Source: Dudresnaya verticillata (taxonomy: Eukaryota). Taken from it: 64,000 nucleotides of DNA. Shown piece by piece: positions 52,196 through 62,976 of the stretch. Numbering within the stretch: position 1 is the stretch's first letter; the number at the start of each line of letters is the position of its first letter. The notes under the pieces are model-generated. The model was not told the origin of the DNA and did not search any database. It saw only the letters and a list, made by a program, of their open reading frames with translations. A program made the position numbers and the translations under genes. The DNA lies in assembly GCA_977862235.1 (NCBI GenBank), contig OZ374557.1, positions 3,906,001 to 3,970,000 of the forward strand, written 5' to 3'.

Positions 52196-54352
52196 ATCCG
52201 GTTCGCCAGTTCAACGCAATGTAACTGCACAGTACTTGGAGGATCGAAGAGAGCGTGGATAGGAGTGCAAGGAGCGCAGTATAAAAGTCGCAGCACCAGC
52301 GATGTGCATATAGTGGTTTATGGTTTCGGGCACTGCGTGGGTGCCGATTCATACTTTCGATTTGTGAATGGGGACTTAGACGATATAATGATAGTTGTGC
52401 GTCTTCCACAGTTTTGAGAAGTGGCCGAAAAAGCCTTCGACAGGATGGCCGCAGTCAGGCACTATCGATACTAACATGTAAGTAAAGAAGGATAGTTGTT
52501 GTTAACAGTGAATGTCTAGTGGTTTCTGTCCTGGTAATCTCAAAAACGGACTCGTCAGAACAATGGTGGAACGGCTGAATAGTCAACGTCTGGGTACCTT
52601 GGTTCTGTGCCTAAAGCCTCAGCGGAATGCAACTTGGCAGACTTTCGAGCACCGTCAGGCTTTTTGAATCCTGCAACCCAAGCTGGCCGCCTCCTAAAGT
52701 CTGCTCGTGTTTTATTTTCTCTCAGCAGCGATACATCCTTCGACCAGACATGAGATACAACACTCCCCGAGGGCTCGGACCGACCGCACAGGTTGATACG
52801 TTTTGATTTGTCATTGCCATTGCGAAGCAATCTTTTGCCATTACAGCCTGTATGTCGGTGAAACATGTTGCCCGCATGTGCTACGGTAGAGCAATGACCA
52901 ATGGGACGAGTAAGTTTACTGATGCCCACAGCTTTCCGGTTCACAGCACACAAGAGGCTCGCACCTGACCTTCAGATGCCCGTCAATTCACAGAGGATAG
53001 GTACAAGACTTGCACAGAGCAACTGCAATCAAAGCTCGCGTTTCCGTTGCTATCGGCGTTCTTCAAACAGCATCCCTGTTGCGAAATCAATGAGAATGCC
53101 AAACATCAACATAGGTTGTTGGCTCGCTGCATGATGCAGCGTACAAGTACAATCCAGTATCTGCTGCTGGTATTTCCAACTGATCTTTGTGGAATTGCTG
53201 ACTCGGCCGCGTTTGTCCCCTCAGGGAACTTCCCTGTTGTTGCCCCAAAGCTTCTCATTGCCGAGTCCGCAGAGTTGCACAATTTCGGGAGCTACAGCGA
53301 AACTCTCGACCACGCAACGACACGGATCACGAAATTAGTTTATCATTGCCACCAGCGTCGAAATCAAAACCACACTGCAGTGTCGAGTCGACAGTGAGCG
53401 AGTACGTATTTATAATAGCAGTTACGTCAGAACTGGTCTCGAGAATGGCAACGATGTCAAACGAGCACCACCAAACGCACGACCACCCCACTCGCGGCAA
53501 GTTGGTGGCTTGGGGCAGCTTAGCCATTCTATCCGAATGAGCAAAGGCGTTGGCAAGGGCAACTGTCGCTCAATTTCTACGTCTCGACGCGCCACTGTTC
53601 TCCCCGCTCCATTTGCAATTTAGGAAGTCATGAGGCGCTTGATATCAAGAGGGAAGCTCGGAAGTCCTGGATGTCAAGAGCCTTCTGGCTTGTAACACAA
53701 GCCCAAAATGGAGCTGGTTTCTAAACCACTTTAGTGCCAAGGTCAGCAAATGTTGTTGAGGTCCTTTTGAGAAATACTGACCTCAGCACTAAACCAGCTT
53801 CATTCTCGCATTCAGTTGCGCTCTCCGCACCGCCATCGTGCAATACGAGTGTTGCATGGCTGATACGGTAGCGCCCCTGTCAACATGACAAAAGTGCTTT
53901 TGGCTAGTGGAGTGCTACAGCTACACTGAGTTGCAGAGCCAAAGTCGAATGAAGAGTGTCTGGGTCGGATTTCACTTTCTTAGTGCTTTCAGAGTGTCGT
54001 TCTTGGACACTACCATTGCAAAGCTCATACGTGGCAGCGCCCAATTGAGTTTGTCAGCGACTCACAACCACCAACAACTGCAGACACGGAATCAGATGCC
54101 GCCCAAGATGAAAGTAAGGCCTCAAATTGCGCAACAGCGAAACTGACAAGCTTCAAAGAGCCGCAATACTCGCAAACGAGGAGAGTCCAGCACCACCGTG
54201 ATCTCTGAACACGCCGTCATCCTCCCAAGCATAGACACACCACCGCTGTCCTTTTCCCCTTCCCGGCGTGCACTACAGTGACAGCCCTCTGCCACTGCAG
54301 CTGACGCCGGTGTGCCTGCACATGGGCCTTCAAGTCGCCCGAGCGGGACCGC

Positions 54353-55371
54353 CTAAAACAACCAATAAAAGTTTACCGTCACCGTGGTGCTGATGCCACG
54401 GTGATGGTCGAAACCATTCTTGCCGACATGTTTCCACAGAGCAACGGCCCTCAGCGGAGCCACCAGCGAGTGCGCGACCGGCACAGGCACAGCTTCTGTG
54501 TAGCAGGTGGCCACCACCCCGTTGATGACGATGTCCCCATGCATCATCTATAAATTACGCAAGCCCTGCTTTCTTCGCTTGCAAACCCCGAGCACAACTT
54601 CGACACCGACGTTGCCCAGCTTTACCTGATCCCCAACCACTGGATCTCCTGTCGGTAACGCCCGTGCGCTTGCGTACCGAAAGCGGCCTCCAGACAACAC
54701 GATGCTTTGCCACCAATCCGTGTCAACGCCTTCGAACAACGTACGGCTCCGCGTGCGTGAGTCCGACAACTGCCGAACACTCATCGTCGCCAACCAATAC
54801 TGAATTCATGCGTATCTCAGACCCAGATGCAACCCAGACTAGTGCATCACCCGGGAAGCATGAGGATGAAAGGCTAGGTGACTGAGCACCCTGTCCAACG
54901 TTGCCCTCGCCTTGTCCGCAGCTATCGTCACCGTCACAGCTCCCACTGGGCACTACATGTTGGGGATCGGCATCCGGGAAGGCGGGAGAGAACGGCGGCT
55001 GCAACATAGACGCAGTCCAAATGGGCACATGGGCAGTTGGGCCCGTCTTTGAAGAAGCAGGCGCCGTTGGTCACGTTTAGCAGCTGCGGGAAAGTTTGGC
55101 AAGACAGACTCGTAGCGTATGGTTAGATATGCAAGTAGTACGAAAGTGCACAGAGCTGCAAAGCGGAATGGGGTCTCGGGGCGTTCGGGTCACGCTTGCG
55201 GGTAGCGTCCTTGCAGGTACCACCTGGCGCCATAGACTGGTATGGCAGATCGGGTGACCGACCGTGGGCAGACCGGGAACACCTCTGTTTGAGTGGACTA
55301 CTGTGCCACTACTGCGTCGGGAAAGCTCCCGCTGGAAGGAAATGGGCAGCAATTAAGAACAGTAGGCCTAG
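54353..55371 (-). pseudogene. Degenerate Hedgehog-type Hint (Hog) domain gene
   Basis: CFPGDALV at 54860, M..V.VGD, THA, a frameshift near 54740, VVGDQV, then GLRNL*MMHGDIVINGVVATCYT..VAHSLVAPLRA with in-frame TAG at 54550-54548. Broken signal-peptide-like and Cys-rich sequence upstream. Confidence 0.8.
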
Positions 55372-56192
55372 GCTTTGGGAGGTTATTGCAAGGATGAAGT
55401 TCGGAGACGCGCTTGCAGGCGAGGCATGTTATGGCTGTGTGGTAATGGCAAAATGGCAAAGTGCGGGCCGCGTGTCTGACATCGGACAGGGCCAACTGGT
55501 CAGCTGCTCTTCGCCAGGTCGATGAGCCAGGTGCAGGTGAACGGCTGTGCTGGCATGCGCTTTGAGAAAGAGGAGACAATATGTGGGGCTTGGCGGGCGC
55601 TGGGCTTCGATCTAGGATGGCATGAGAGAAGACGGACAAGGTGCCATGCTGTGCCTGTTTCGGTCGTCATGCTTTTGTGCGGGGAGGTGGATTGGGCGCA
55701 GGAAGAGGTGCGGCAACATGACGTCACCTGGCGTGGTGGTTGTTGTGGAAAGGGTGGAAAGGGCGTTGCCCTTCCATGTTCCGTTTGCCCACGTGGAGAG
55801 ATCACACAATCTGATGAGAGGGTGACCCGTCTCATCGGATGTCGCACGAGGAAATCTGATGGGCGTTTCTGATTCTCCACGTGGCCCCCGTGCAGGCTGC
55901 TGTGCAGGTGCGGCTGCAAGGGAATGCAACGTTGTGCCTGGATGCCGCTCCGACGCAAGAGAGAGGTGCAGGTCGCCGTCTTCTCTGACACCCTCGGCGC
56001 AGCGATCCACTCGGAGGCATTCCAAAAGAGGGCGGCTTGGGTGGAAGGGCCAGAAAGCGTCATGCAGCTTTCTGCTCCTCAAGCCGGGCAAACTCACCAT
56101 GTTTTTCCATAACCGCAACAATCCTTTGACACCTCAATCTTATCGCCCGTAGCAGCCTGCTTGCCGATGCCTCGCCATTCCATCCCATTCTG

Positions 56193-58127
56193 ATGTCCGG
56201 CATCTTCCTCCCACTGGCGCTATTGGCGCTATTGGCGTCCCTGCTACCATGCCCACTCGCTCAAGAAGACGACCCCCGGCCAGTCCTCATCCAGTCGGAC
56301 GAGAGCTGGCAAAACGGCGTTGTCCTGATCTACTCAACTGCCGTTCTCGTCGCGCTGCGCCTCTCCTCCACGGTTCGCCACTCCCCGCTATCCCCCATCG
56401 CCAACATCCCGCGCATCTACTACTACGCCGCCGCCTCGCTCGTAGTCGGTCTAGTCTCCACCTTGACGCTCCTGCTGCTAAGCATCTTCTCCGCCACGCG
56501 CGATGTATCGCGCGACCTCATGCCGTGCGCCTCGCCGCTGCTGGCGCTGGGCGGTCTTCTCGCCCTGCTGCCGCAGTTCCGCGCCCCGCAGATGGACGCC
56601 CAACCAATCGCCACCGTCATGGGCATGCCGCACTGGCTGGCCATCCTGGCCACCGCCCTGCTCAACGGCATGACCATCGCCGCCAGTGCCATCAACGGCG
56701 CCTGGGCCGCAACCTCCATTTCGCTGGCCACCTCGCTCATCGCCATCTTTGGTCCGCGCACCCCGGTCGTCGCGAACACCGTCGCCAATGGCATCGTCGA
56801 GCCCGGTGGACCGCTCATCTTCCGTGTCGCGCAGCGCACCCCGGAGAAGATTCTCACGCTCAGCCTTACCGCCGCAGATTCTACCGTCCGCGAGCTCGTT
56901 GGCCCGGGCTGGGCAAAGCTTCCCACTGATGCTGACCTTTCTCACGATGGGCGGCTTAAGATTGGTGCGCGCCCTGTTGTGCGTGCCGTCGTCGTCAATG
57001 AGGAGGATGTTCCGGTCCCGTTGCTTTCGGAGTCTGGTCACAACATGGTCCAACTTATATCTGGGGATAATTCAGAGGTCGTCGGGTACCTTCCGTTGGC
57101 GGAATGGGTGAAGAATCCATTCGGGGAAGATGTTATCAGGGTTCGCGTTACGTTTACTGACTTCTTCTCCATGATCCTGGGGCGAACAATCTGGGCTTCC
57201 TGCATGACAGAAGCAGAATATGGCTTCCCCGGGGCATACGAAGCGAATGGCAATATTGTCAGAAGGCTACTCTCTTCGGTTGCACCACCAGATTATGACG
57301 CACTCGGACTACGTGCCGGAGTGATTGACCTAAGCTCAGAGATTAACACGCAGCTCGATGAGTACGAAGGCAAACTTATTTTGATCGACCGGGTGACTGC
57401 AGATATGGAACAACCGCACCGCAACATCATGCGTATTGTGCTGATGACGGTGTGCTCTCACATTTACGAGGTACATGACGAAGACATTTTGCGGCTCGCG
57501 TTTGATTCACTTGCGCAAGTACTGCAGTCAATTTGTAGAAGCGATGACGATGATGATCTCATTATGGACATTAGCGAACTGTGTGTTATCGTGGAGGGCT
57601 TTTCAGAGGTGGTCTCGAGGCCGGACAGTGAGTTGGATGAAGAAGACACTAAATTATATGCGCTTGTAACTAGCATGGAGACTCGTTCTGTGCGATGGAT
57701 ATACCAGAACGAGAGATCTGTGCTACAAGAACACCTCACCAGAAAGACGCACGCCTTAATTCTAAGTGAAAGCTTTAGCAGTGTGCTAGCGAATCGTGAG
57801 TCAAACGCGAATGCGCTGCCTCAGGTGATCGCAATGTCGATCTCTAGCACTGGTACTGGAGCGCTTCGTGTGCAACGATCAGCGATAGCTGAACAGAAAT
57901 CGAGGAAATGGACAACTCCCGAACGGGTTCTGACGGAAACTGAATGGAACGAATCTCGACGGCGCAATCCGCAGCGAGTCTGGCCTGCCAACTGGCAGCG
58001 CGATACTCCCGAAACAGCGTCAATCGTGGCCACCGTGAAGGGGCTATCGGAGATTGCATCCTTGCAAGCAATTACATCGGGAATTGCTGCTGGGAGCGTG
58101 CTTTTCGGGCGGCTCCTTGGTGCCTAA
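56193..58127 (+). CDS. Unknown protein: signal peptide, about 5 TM segments and a large soluble C-terminal domain (644 aa)
   Basis: Intact intronless ATG ORF with a hydrophobic N-terminal third. No family recognised. Confidence 0.75.
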   Translation: MSGIFLPLALLALLASLLPCPLAQEDDPRPVLIQSDESWQNGVVLIYSTAVLVALRLSSTVRHSPLSPIANIPRIYYYAAASLVVGLVSTLTLLLLSIFSATRDVSRDLMPCASPLLALGGLLALLPQFRAPQMDAQPIATVMGMPHWLAILATALLNGMTIAASAINGAWAATSISLATSLIAIFGPRTPVVANTVANGIVEPGGPLIFRVAQRTPEKILTLSLTAADSTVRELVGPGWAKLPTDADLSHDGRLKIGARPVVRAVVVNEEDVPVPLLSESGHNMVQLISGDNSEVVGYLPLAEWVKNPFGEDVIRVRVTFTDFFSMILGRTIWASCMTEAEYGFPGAYEANGNIVRRLLSSVAPPDYDALGLRAGVIDLSSEINTQLDEYEGKLILIDRVTADMEQPHRNIMRIVLMTVCSHIYEVHDEDILRLAFDSLAQVLQSICRSDDDDDLIMDISELCVIVEGFSEVVSRPDSELDEEDTKLYALVTSMETRSVRWIYQNERSVLQEHLTRKTHALILSESFSSVLANRESNANALPQVIAMSISSTGTGALRVQRSAIAEQKSRKWTTPERVLTETEWNESRRRNPQRVWPANWQRDTPETASIVATVKGLSEIASLQAITSGIAAGSVLFGRLLGA

Positions 58128-58423
58128 GCGGCAGACGAAAGAACTAGGAAGCCAAGCGTGAAGTGGAGCGTTAAGACGCTGCTGGATTACGCAGTCTGTT
58201 GTTGGCGTGTGCACGGCTGTGTGGGACTCGGCTTGTAATTTTCAGAAGGTGTATTGTGATTGCGTAAACAGAATAAGAAATCTATAATCTCTATAATACG
58301 CCTCGTAGGACGCCTCGTAGGTGATACTCAGTTGCTTGCTGCACAAAAACAAAACAATCGCTACGAAGAACTACCTACCACGGTTAGTGAGACTTCATTG
58401 ACAGCCCTGGCATGGACAAGGGC

Positions 58424-58900
58424 TCATTCTGGAGCAAGGTGTTCCAATTGCTCTAGCCGCTCTTCTTCTTCGTAGTCACCATCTTGAAGCCTTCGTGCGC
58501 GTTTTTCGTCTTGCTCTTTCCTATTCTGCTTGGCGCAGTCAAGGTCCATCTGGCGTTGTGCAATTGACTCTAGAGAAAAGGCTCTAGAAGTGTCAGAGGT
58601 CGAGAAGACAAGGTCCAGCCTGGTCTCCTTGTGCCAGAGCACTTGTTCCTCAACTCGAAAGTACAGGACCCTGTGCATAGGAATGTCTGAATCTGAAAAC
58701 TTGAGCAGTGCGATTTCCATGGCACCCTTGAATCTGTCCGAGTAGCCGACCACGGCTGTGTCTGAGATGGCGAGTTGTTGGTCGTGCAGCAAACGGTGGA
58801 GGACGTCTCGACTGGACCTCATGGTTGGTTGCAGGCTGGTGACGATGAGCTGTGAATAATGTTGAGGAAGATGAGAGTGCGGAGAAGGAGCGGTCTCCAT
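58424..58900 (-). CDS. Stand-alone MJ1316/DUF504 domain protein (LENG9-like domain)
   Basis: MRSSRDVLHRLLHD..VVGYSDRFKG..E..F..DIPMHRVLYFR..VLWHKETRLDLVF. Start is 58900 or 58822. Confidence 0.8.
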   Translation of the reverse strand: METAPSPHSHLPQHYSQLIVTSLQPTMRSSRDVLHRLLHDQQLAISDTAVVGYSDRFKGAMEIALLKFSDSDIPMHRVLYFRVEEQVLWHKETRLDLVFSTSDTSRAFSLESIAQRQMDLDCAKQNRKEQDEKRARRLQDGDYEEEERLEQLEHLAPE

Positions 58901-58929
58901 TGAGGCATCTGTCCGGATAAATAGCGCGA

Positions 58930-58934
<5 letters not shown>

Positions 58935-58962
<28 letters not shown>
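58935..58962. repeat. (AG)14 microsatellite
   Basis: Read directly; lies immediately 5' of the MJ1316 gene. Confidence 0.9.
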
Positions 58963-58964
<2 letters not shown>

Positions 58965-61017
58965 GCACAGTCACACACAGCGAAGCACTGCAGCTGCGCT
59001 GCAGCGAAAATGCGTAGGTGCAGAAACAGAAACCGCCGACCGAACGGCATGGCCATTGCTGTGTTGGGCGCTGTCGCGCTGTGATTGGATGAAACACCTT
59101 AGCTCCGATCTTCTTCTTCCCACAAAAACAGCGCGCAAATGCGTCTCGGCCGTGGCGGAGCCCGTCTGCGTGAGCAGCAGCACTCAATTCCCGCACGGCC
59201 GGGGTCTACCGCGACCCCAGGTCTGGCTCTTGCCGCCGTGAAGCCTTTTGAAAAGCGAGCTACGCCTCGGCCAGTAGGCACGCGGTCCCCGACGCGTTGG
59301 ATACAAGTATGTCTATGTGAAATGTGAGCGCTTCCCCAGATATTCAATTACAGGGGCGTTCGCCTCTGAATGCTAAGCTGGCCACTGCGTTGCTGCTTCC
59401 CATCCAATTCGGTACGCTAATGTTGACATGCAGTCTGGGAAACTCTTTTTCAAAGTGCCTACGAGCAGCACTTGCAAAGTACAGGTATCGGAAACATCAA
59501 AGAGAATGTACTGTACATCGCTACGTGCAAGACCAATCCCTCTAGTACCTTTCAGGCCTACTTGTTATCGGCCCCGGTCTCGAAACCGTTGACTGTGTGA
59601 AGCACCCAACGTGGCTCGACACAGCCTTGGACTCGACAGGCACAGTCTTTATCCCCGACACCGCTCTCGGTTTTTGCAGTGCGGGTAAAACTGAATATTC
59701 TAACCCTTTTGAGATACCCGGGCCGTGCGCTCGTTGTTGACGACGGGCCAGGGCCGTGCATCACAACGGTCAAGGCATCAACTCGAGCGCTTCTCCCTTT
59801 CCCGTCTGCTATCTGAGGTCGATGCGTCCACGCCTGGGACAATAAGACCAGGAGGTGCGACCTGGTGACACAGAACGCTTCCTAGAGGGATGCCGGTGGT
59901 TGATGCGGTGGCGTTGAAAGGCCAGCCCACGCCGCGGACACGTGGGGCCTTCCAATAGTGCGCCGCGGGCATGTACTCGAGCAGAAAAGCACGGCGATTC
60001 GGGCTGCTCGCACTGAAAAAGTTTGTGCGAGAGCACATCAAGAAAAAGTCGCATCTGTCAGGTGGCGAGGGCCAACTGTTGCGCCCATTAGCCAATGCTT
60101 TGGAGGGAGTATCCCAAACAAATCTCGAGGCCGTGGCTCGGCGCACGCACAGCCAAACATAGAACTGCGTTGACGGAACGTGTTGACTCCGTCCGTAGCC
60201 GCCAGATGTGCTGCTTCCTCCAATAGAAACTAATTGCAGCTCTGCACATAAAGTGCCTTCTTTGCAAGTGGAGGCTGTACTGTACATGTAACATACACAT
60301 ACTGCACACACTATGCAACAACGCTTGGCCGGTCACGTCGCGTCTCCCCGACCCTCTACGGGCGCTATCTGCAAGTAGTACGGCAGTGAGTAGAGTCACT
60401 GAGCAGCGCGTCGTCCCACCAGCATTCGCCTCCTCGGCTGCATCTCCCGTCGTGTTGGCACCACACCCACGCTCCACTACCGAGATGGCAAACACTCATT
60501 GAATGTCCTGAAATGACCGCCAGCATGCTTCTTCTAAACTTGCGCGCGGCCGACGTGGCTGATCACTTTCCACTCGTCAAACGCCTCTCTACCACGAGAA
60601 TCGATTGGCATTTCCCTCTGCCACGCATTTCTCAAACAATTCTACACTATTCTTCCACGCGCAATCTAAGCGGCCGCGACAAAGTAGGTCATCTACATGC
60701 AGCACCTGCCTCCGTACAGCCTCACCGATGAGATACCGTACGAGATGGCCACCATATCGATAATACGAGCTTGACACCCTTCTGCCACGACTGCTCACGC
60801 AACGCCCCACACCATGTCACAATAGTATTCTGGTACAACCTGCCTGTCTCAACTTCGTCTTGTCCCCCGCCATAACATCTATGCTCTTCAATTGCCGTCA
60901 ACAAACCTCAAATCCTGAACAGTTCTCTTAGCCATCTCCGTCGTCTGTCCATCCCAAACCCAACCTACTCGTGCCCCGAATTGTCACAACTTTCACGTTT
61001 CCACGCTGCTGCTCAAC

Positions 61018-62181
61018 ATGTGCAACGCAACCAACACTGTCACGTACGGAATTGTTGGCGTGGGTTTGATGGGTATTGAACACATCCGTAATCTCTTGGC
61101 AATCGAAGGTGTCGCCATAACATGTATAGCGGACAACTTTCCTGCATCACTCGAAGAGTGCAAACAGGTTCTAAAGCAGGAGGGCCCGCCAACTGCCGAG
61201 TCTGTCCGCTACTTCACCTCACCGAAAGAGCTCTTTGCGGCTAATCTGTGCCAATTCGCAATTATCGCTACCCCGAACCACACCCACCACGCAGTTCTCA
61301 TGGATGCGTATTCCTTCGCCGACCCAAACATGCACATCCTCGTTGAGAAGCCCATGTGCACCACTATCCACCACTGCAGAGAAGTTATAGACGCTGCTGG
61401 CTCCCGCCCTGGCATCACGTATGTTGGCCTAGAGTACTCGTACATGCCCCCTATTGCTCGCATCATAGCCGACACCAAGGAAGGGATCATTGGCATGCCA
61501 CGCATGGTCGCAATCCGCGAACATCGCTTTCCGTTTTTGCAGAAAGTGCGCAACTGGAACCGATTGTCGAAGAACTCGGGAGGTACTTTTGTGGAAAAGT
61601 GTTGCCACTTTTTTGACCTCTTCAACAGGATTTTGAGTCCGTCTGTGCCAGAAGCCGTGATAGCGTCGGGGGCTCAGGATGTGAACCATCTAGACGAGGT
61701 ATACAACGGTGAAAAGTCGGACATTTTGGACAACGGTTTTGTTATTGTGGAATACTCTGGTGGGCGAAGAGCATGCCTGGACTTGTGCATGTTTGCTGAG
61801 GCGAGTCATTCGCAAGAGGAAGTGTCAATCGTGGGGCCCAAGGGAAAGTTGGAAGCGTTTCTGCCGCAGCTGGAAGTGCGCACGGGGATTCGCGGGAAGG
61901 ACGCATGTGGAAAGGTGAAAACGGAAACCGTGAATGATGTGCGTATAAAGTACGAAGGACATCACCATGGGAGTTCGTACCTGGAACATTTGGATATTCT
62001 GGAGGCGTTCCGAGCTTTCCAACGCGGGGAAGGCGTGAGAGCGTCGACATCAGGGTTGTTCCAGGGCTTACTGTCTGTTGCGATCGGAGTTGCTGCTCAC
62101 AAATCTTTGGACGAACATAGAATGGTTCGACTTGACGAGCTTTTGACTGAGGAGGAGATAGCAAACTCTGTGTTGAGTTGA
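61018..62181 (+). CDS. Gfo/Idh/MocA-family oxidoreductase (inositol-dehydrogenase-like)
   Basis: YGIVGVGLMGIEH, IATPNHTH, HILVEKPMC, REHRFPFL.KV.NWNR and GGTFVEKCCHFFDL motifs. Confidence 0.92.
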   Translation: MCNATNTVTYGIVGVGLMGIEHIRNLLAIEGVAITCIADNFPASLEECKQVLKQEGPPTAESVRYFTSPKELFAANLCQFAIIATPNHTHHAVLMDAYSFADPNMHILVEKPMCTTIHHCREVIDAAGSRPGITYVGLEYSYMPPIARIIADTKEGIIGMPRMVAIREHRFPFLQKVRNWNRLSKNSGGTFVEKCCHFFDLFNRILSPSVPEAVIASGAQDVNHLDEVYNGEKSDILDNGFVIVEYSGGRRACLDLCMFAEASHSQEEVSIVGPKGKLEAFLPQLEVRTGIRGKDACGKVKTETVNDVRIKYEGHHHGSSYLEHLDILEAFRAFQRGEGVRASTSGLFQGLLSVAIGVAAHKSLDEHRMVRLDELLTEEEIANSVLS

Positions 62182-62944
62182 GTTGAGAATGCAAGCTAGC
62201 AAGAGGGTCTATTGGTGCAGGATGATGAAGTAGCGATGGCAGCAAATAGTTTTGAACGAGATGGATCTCAAACTATGTCGGTAAACACTTGGATCTGGAG
62301 CATGAAGTGGCTGCTCGCCCCGACGGTTTTGCCTGTCGCAACGATCGTCAACAAGCTTCTAGTCCTCCGAAAGATGAAGCACGAGCAAACGACAGATGGG
62401 AACGTGCGCGGCCCTCGCAAAGATCATTGAGTTGTGTGGAACTGTAAGTATTGAGGAGTCTTACAGCATGCAGAGCGATTCCCAGTCGATGCTCTTGCAC
62501 CGCGCGCTATTCACAATACGCTCTGTTTGCCGCCCTTGAAACTAGGCACGAACTTGTGGAGCAGCGGCGGAGCTTCCGCTCGAGACGCTCAATGACATGT
62601 AGCGGCTGTGCTACCTTCGCGCCGACGGAACAGCACTGCGACTTTCGTGTTAAGGGAACATACCGTACCAAGGGCGCTTCCAAGCCTGAGACACGGTCGC
62701 CTGAAGCCTACCATTTCCTGCCTGTCACCAAAACGTAGCCATCTGCGTCGCTCAGCTGCAAGTCCTGGCAGAGAAATGCGTGCCGGCTGCGCGAGCGGCA
62801 GGCAGCAGCGCGGCGTTGCACAACGCCCGGCCTCAGTACCCGTCGCTGCCTGAGGTCGTCCTCGAGCACTGGACACCCCAGACGCAACGCCATCTTAATA
62901 CTCTCGGGTCGCAGCAGCGCTTCGCGTCCACTCGCCGCCTCGAG

Positions 62945-62945
62945 C

Positions 62946-62974
<29 letters not shown>
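62945..62974. repeat. C30 homopolymer
   Basis: Read directly from the sequence. Confidence 0.9.

Positions 62975-62976
<2 letters not shown>

Noticed and set aside
52530..52670. NG..MVERLN peptide reminiscent of a retroelement integrase motif
   Set aside because: Too short, and no other integrase, RT or LTR signal is visible; needs a translated repeat-library search.
59880..60162. Short coding-like fragments (..KKFVREHIKKKSHL..)
   Set aside because: Interrupted by stops with no identifiable family; cannot support a pseudogene call.
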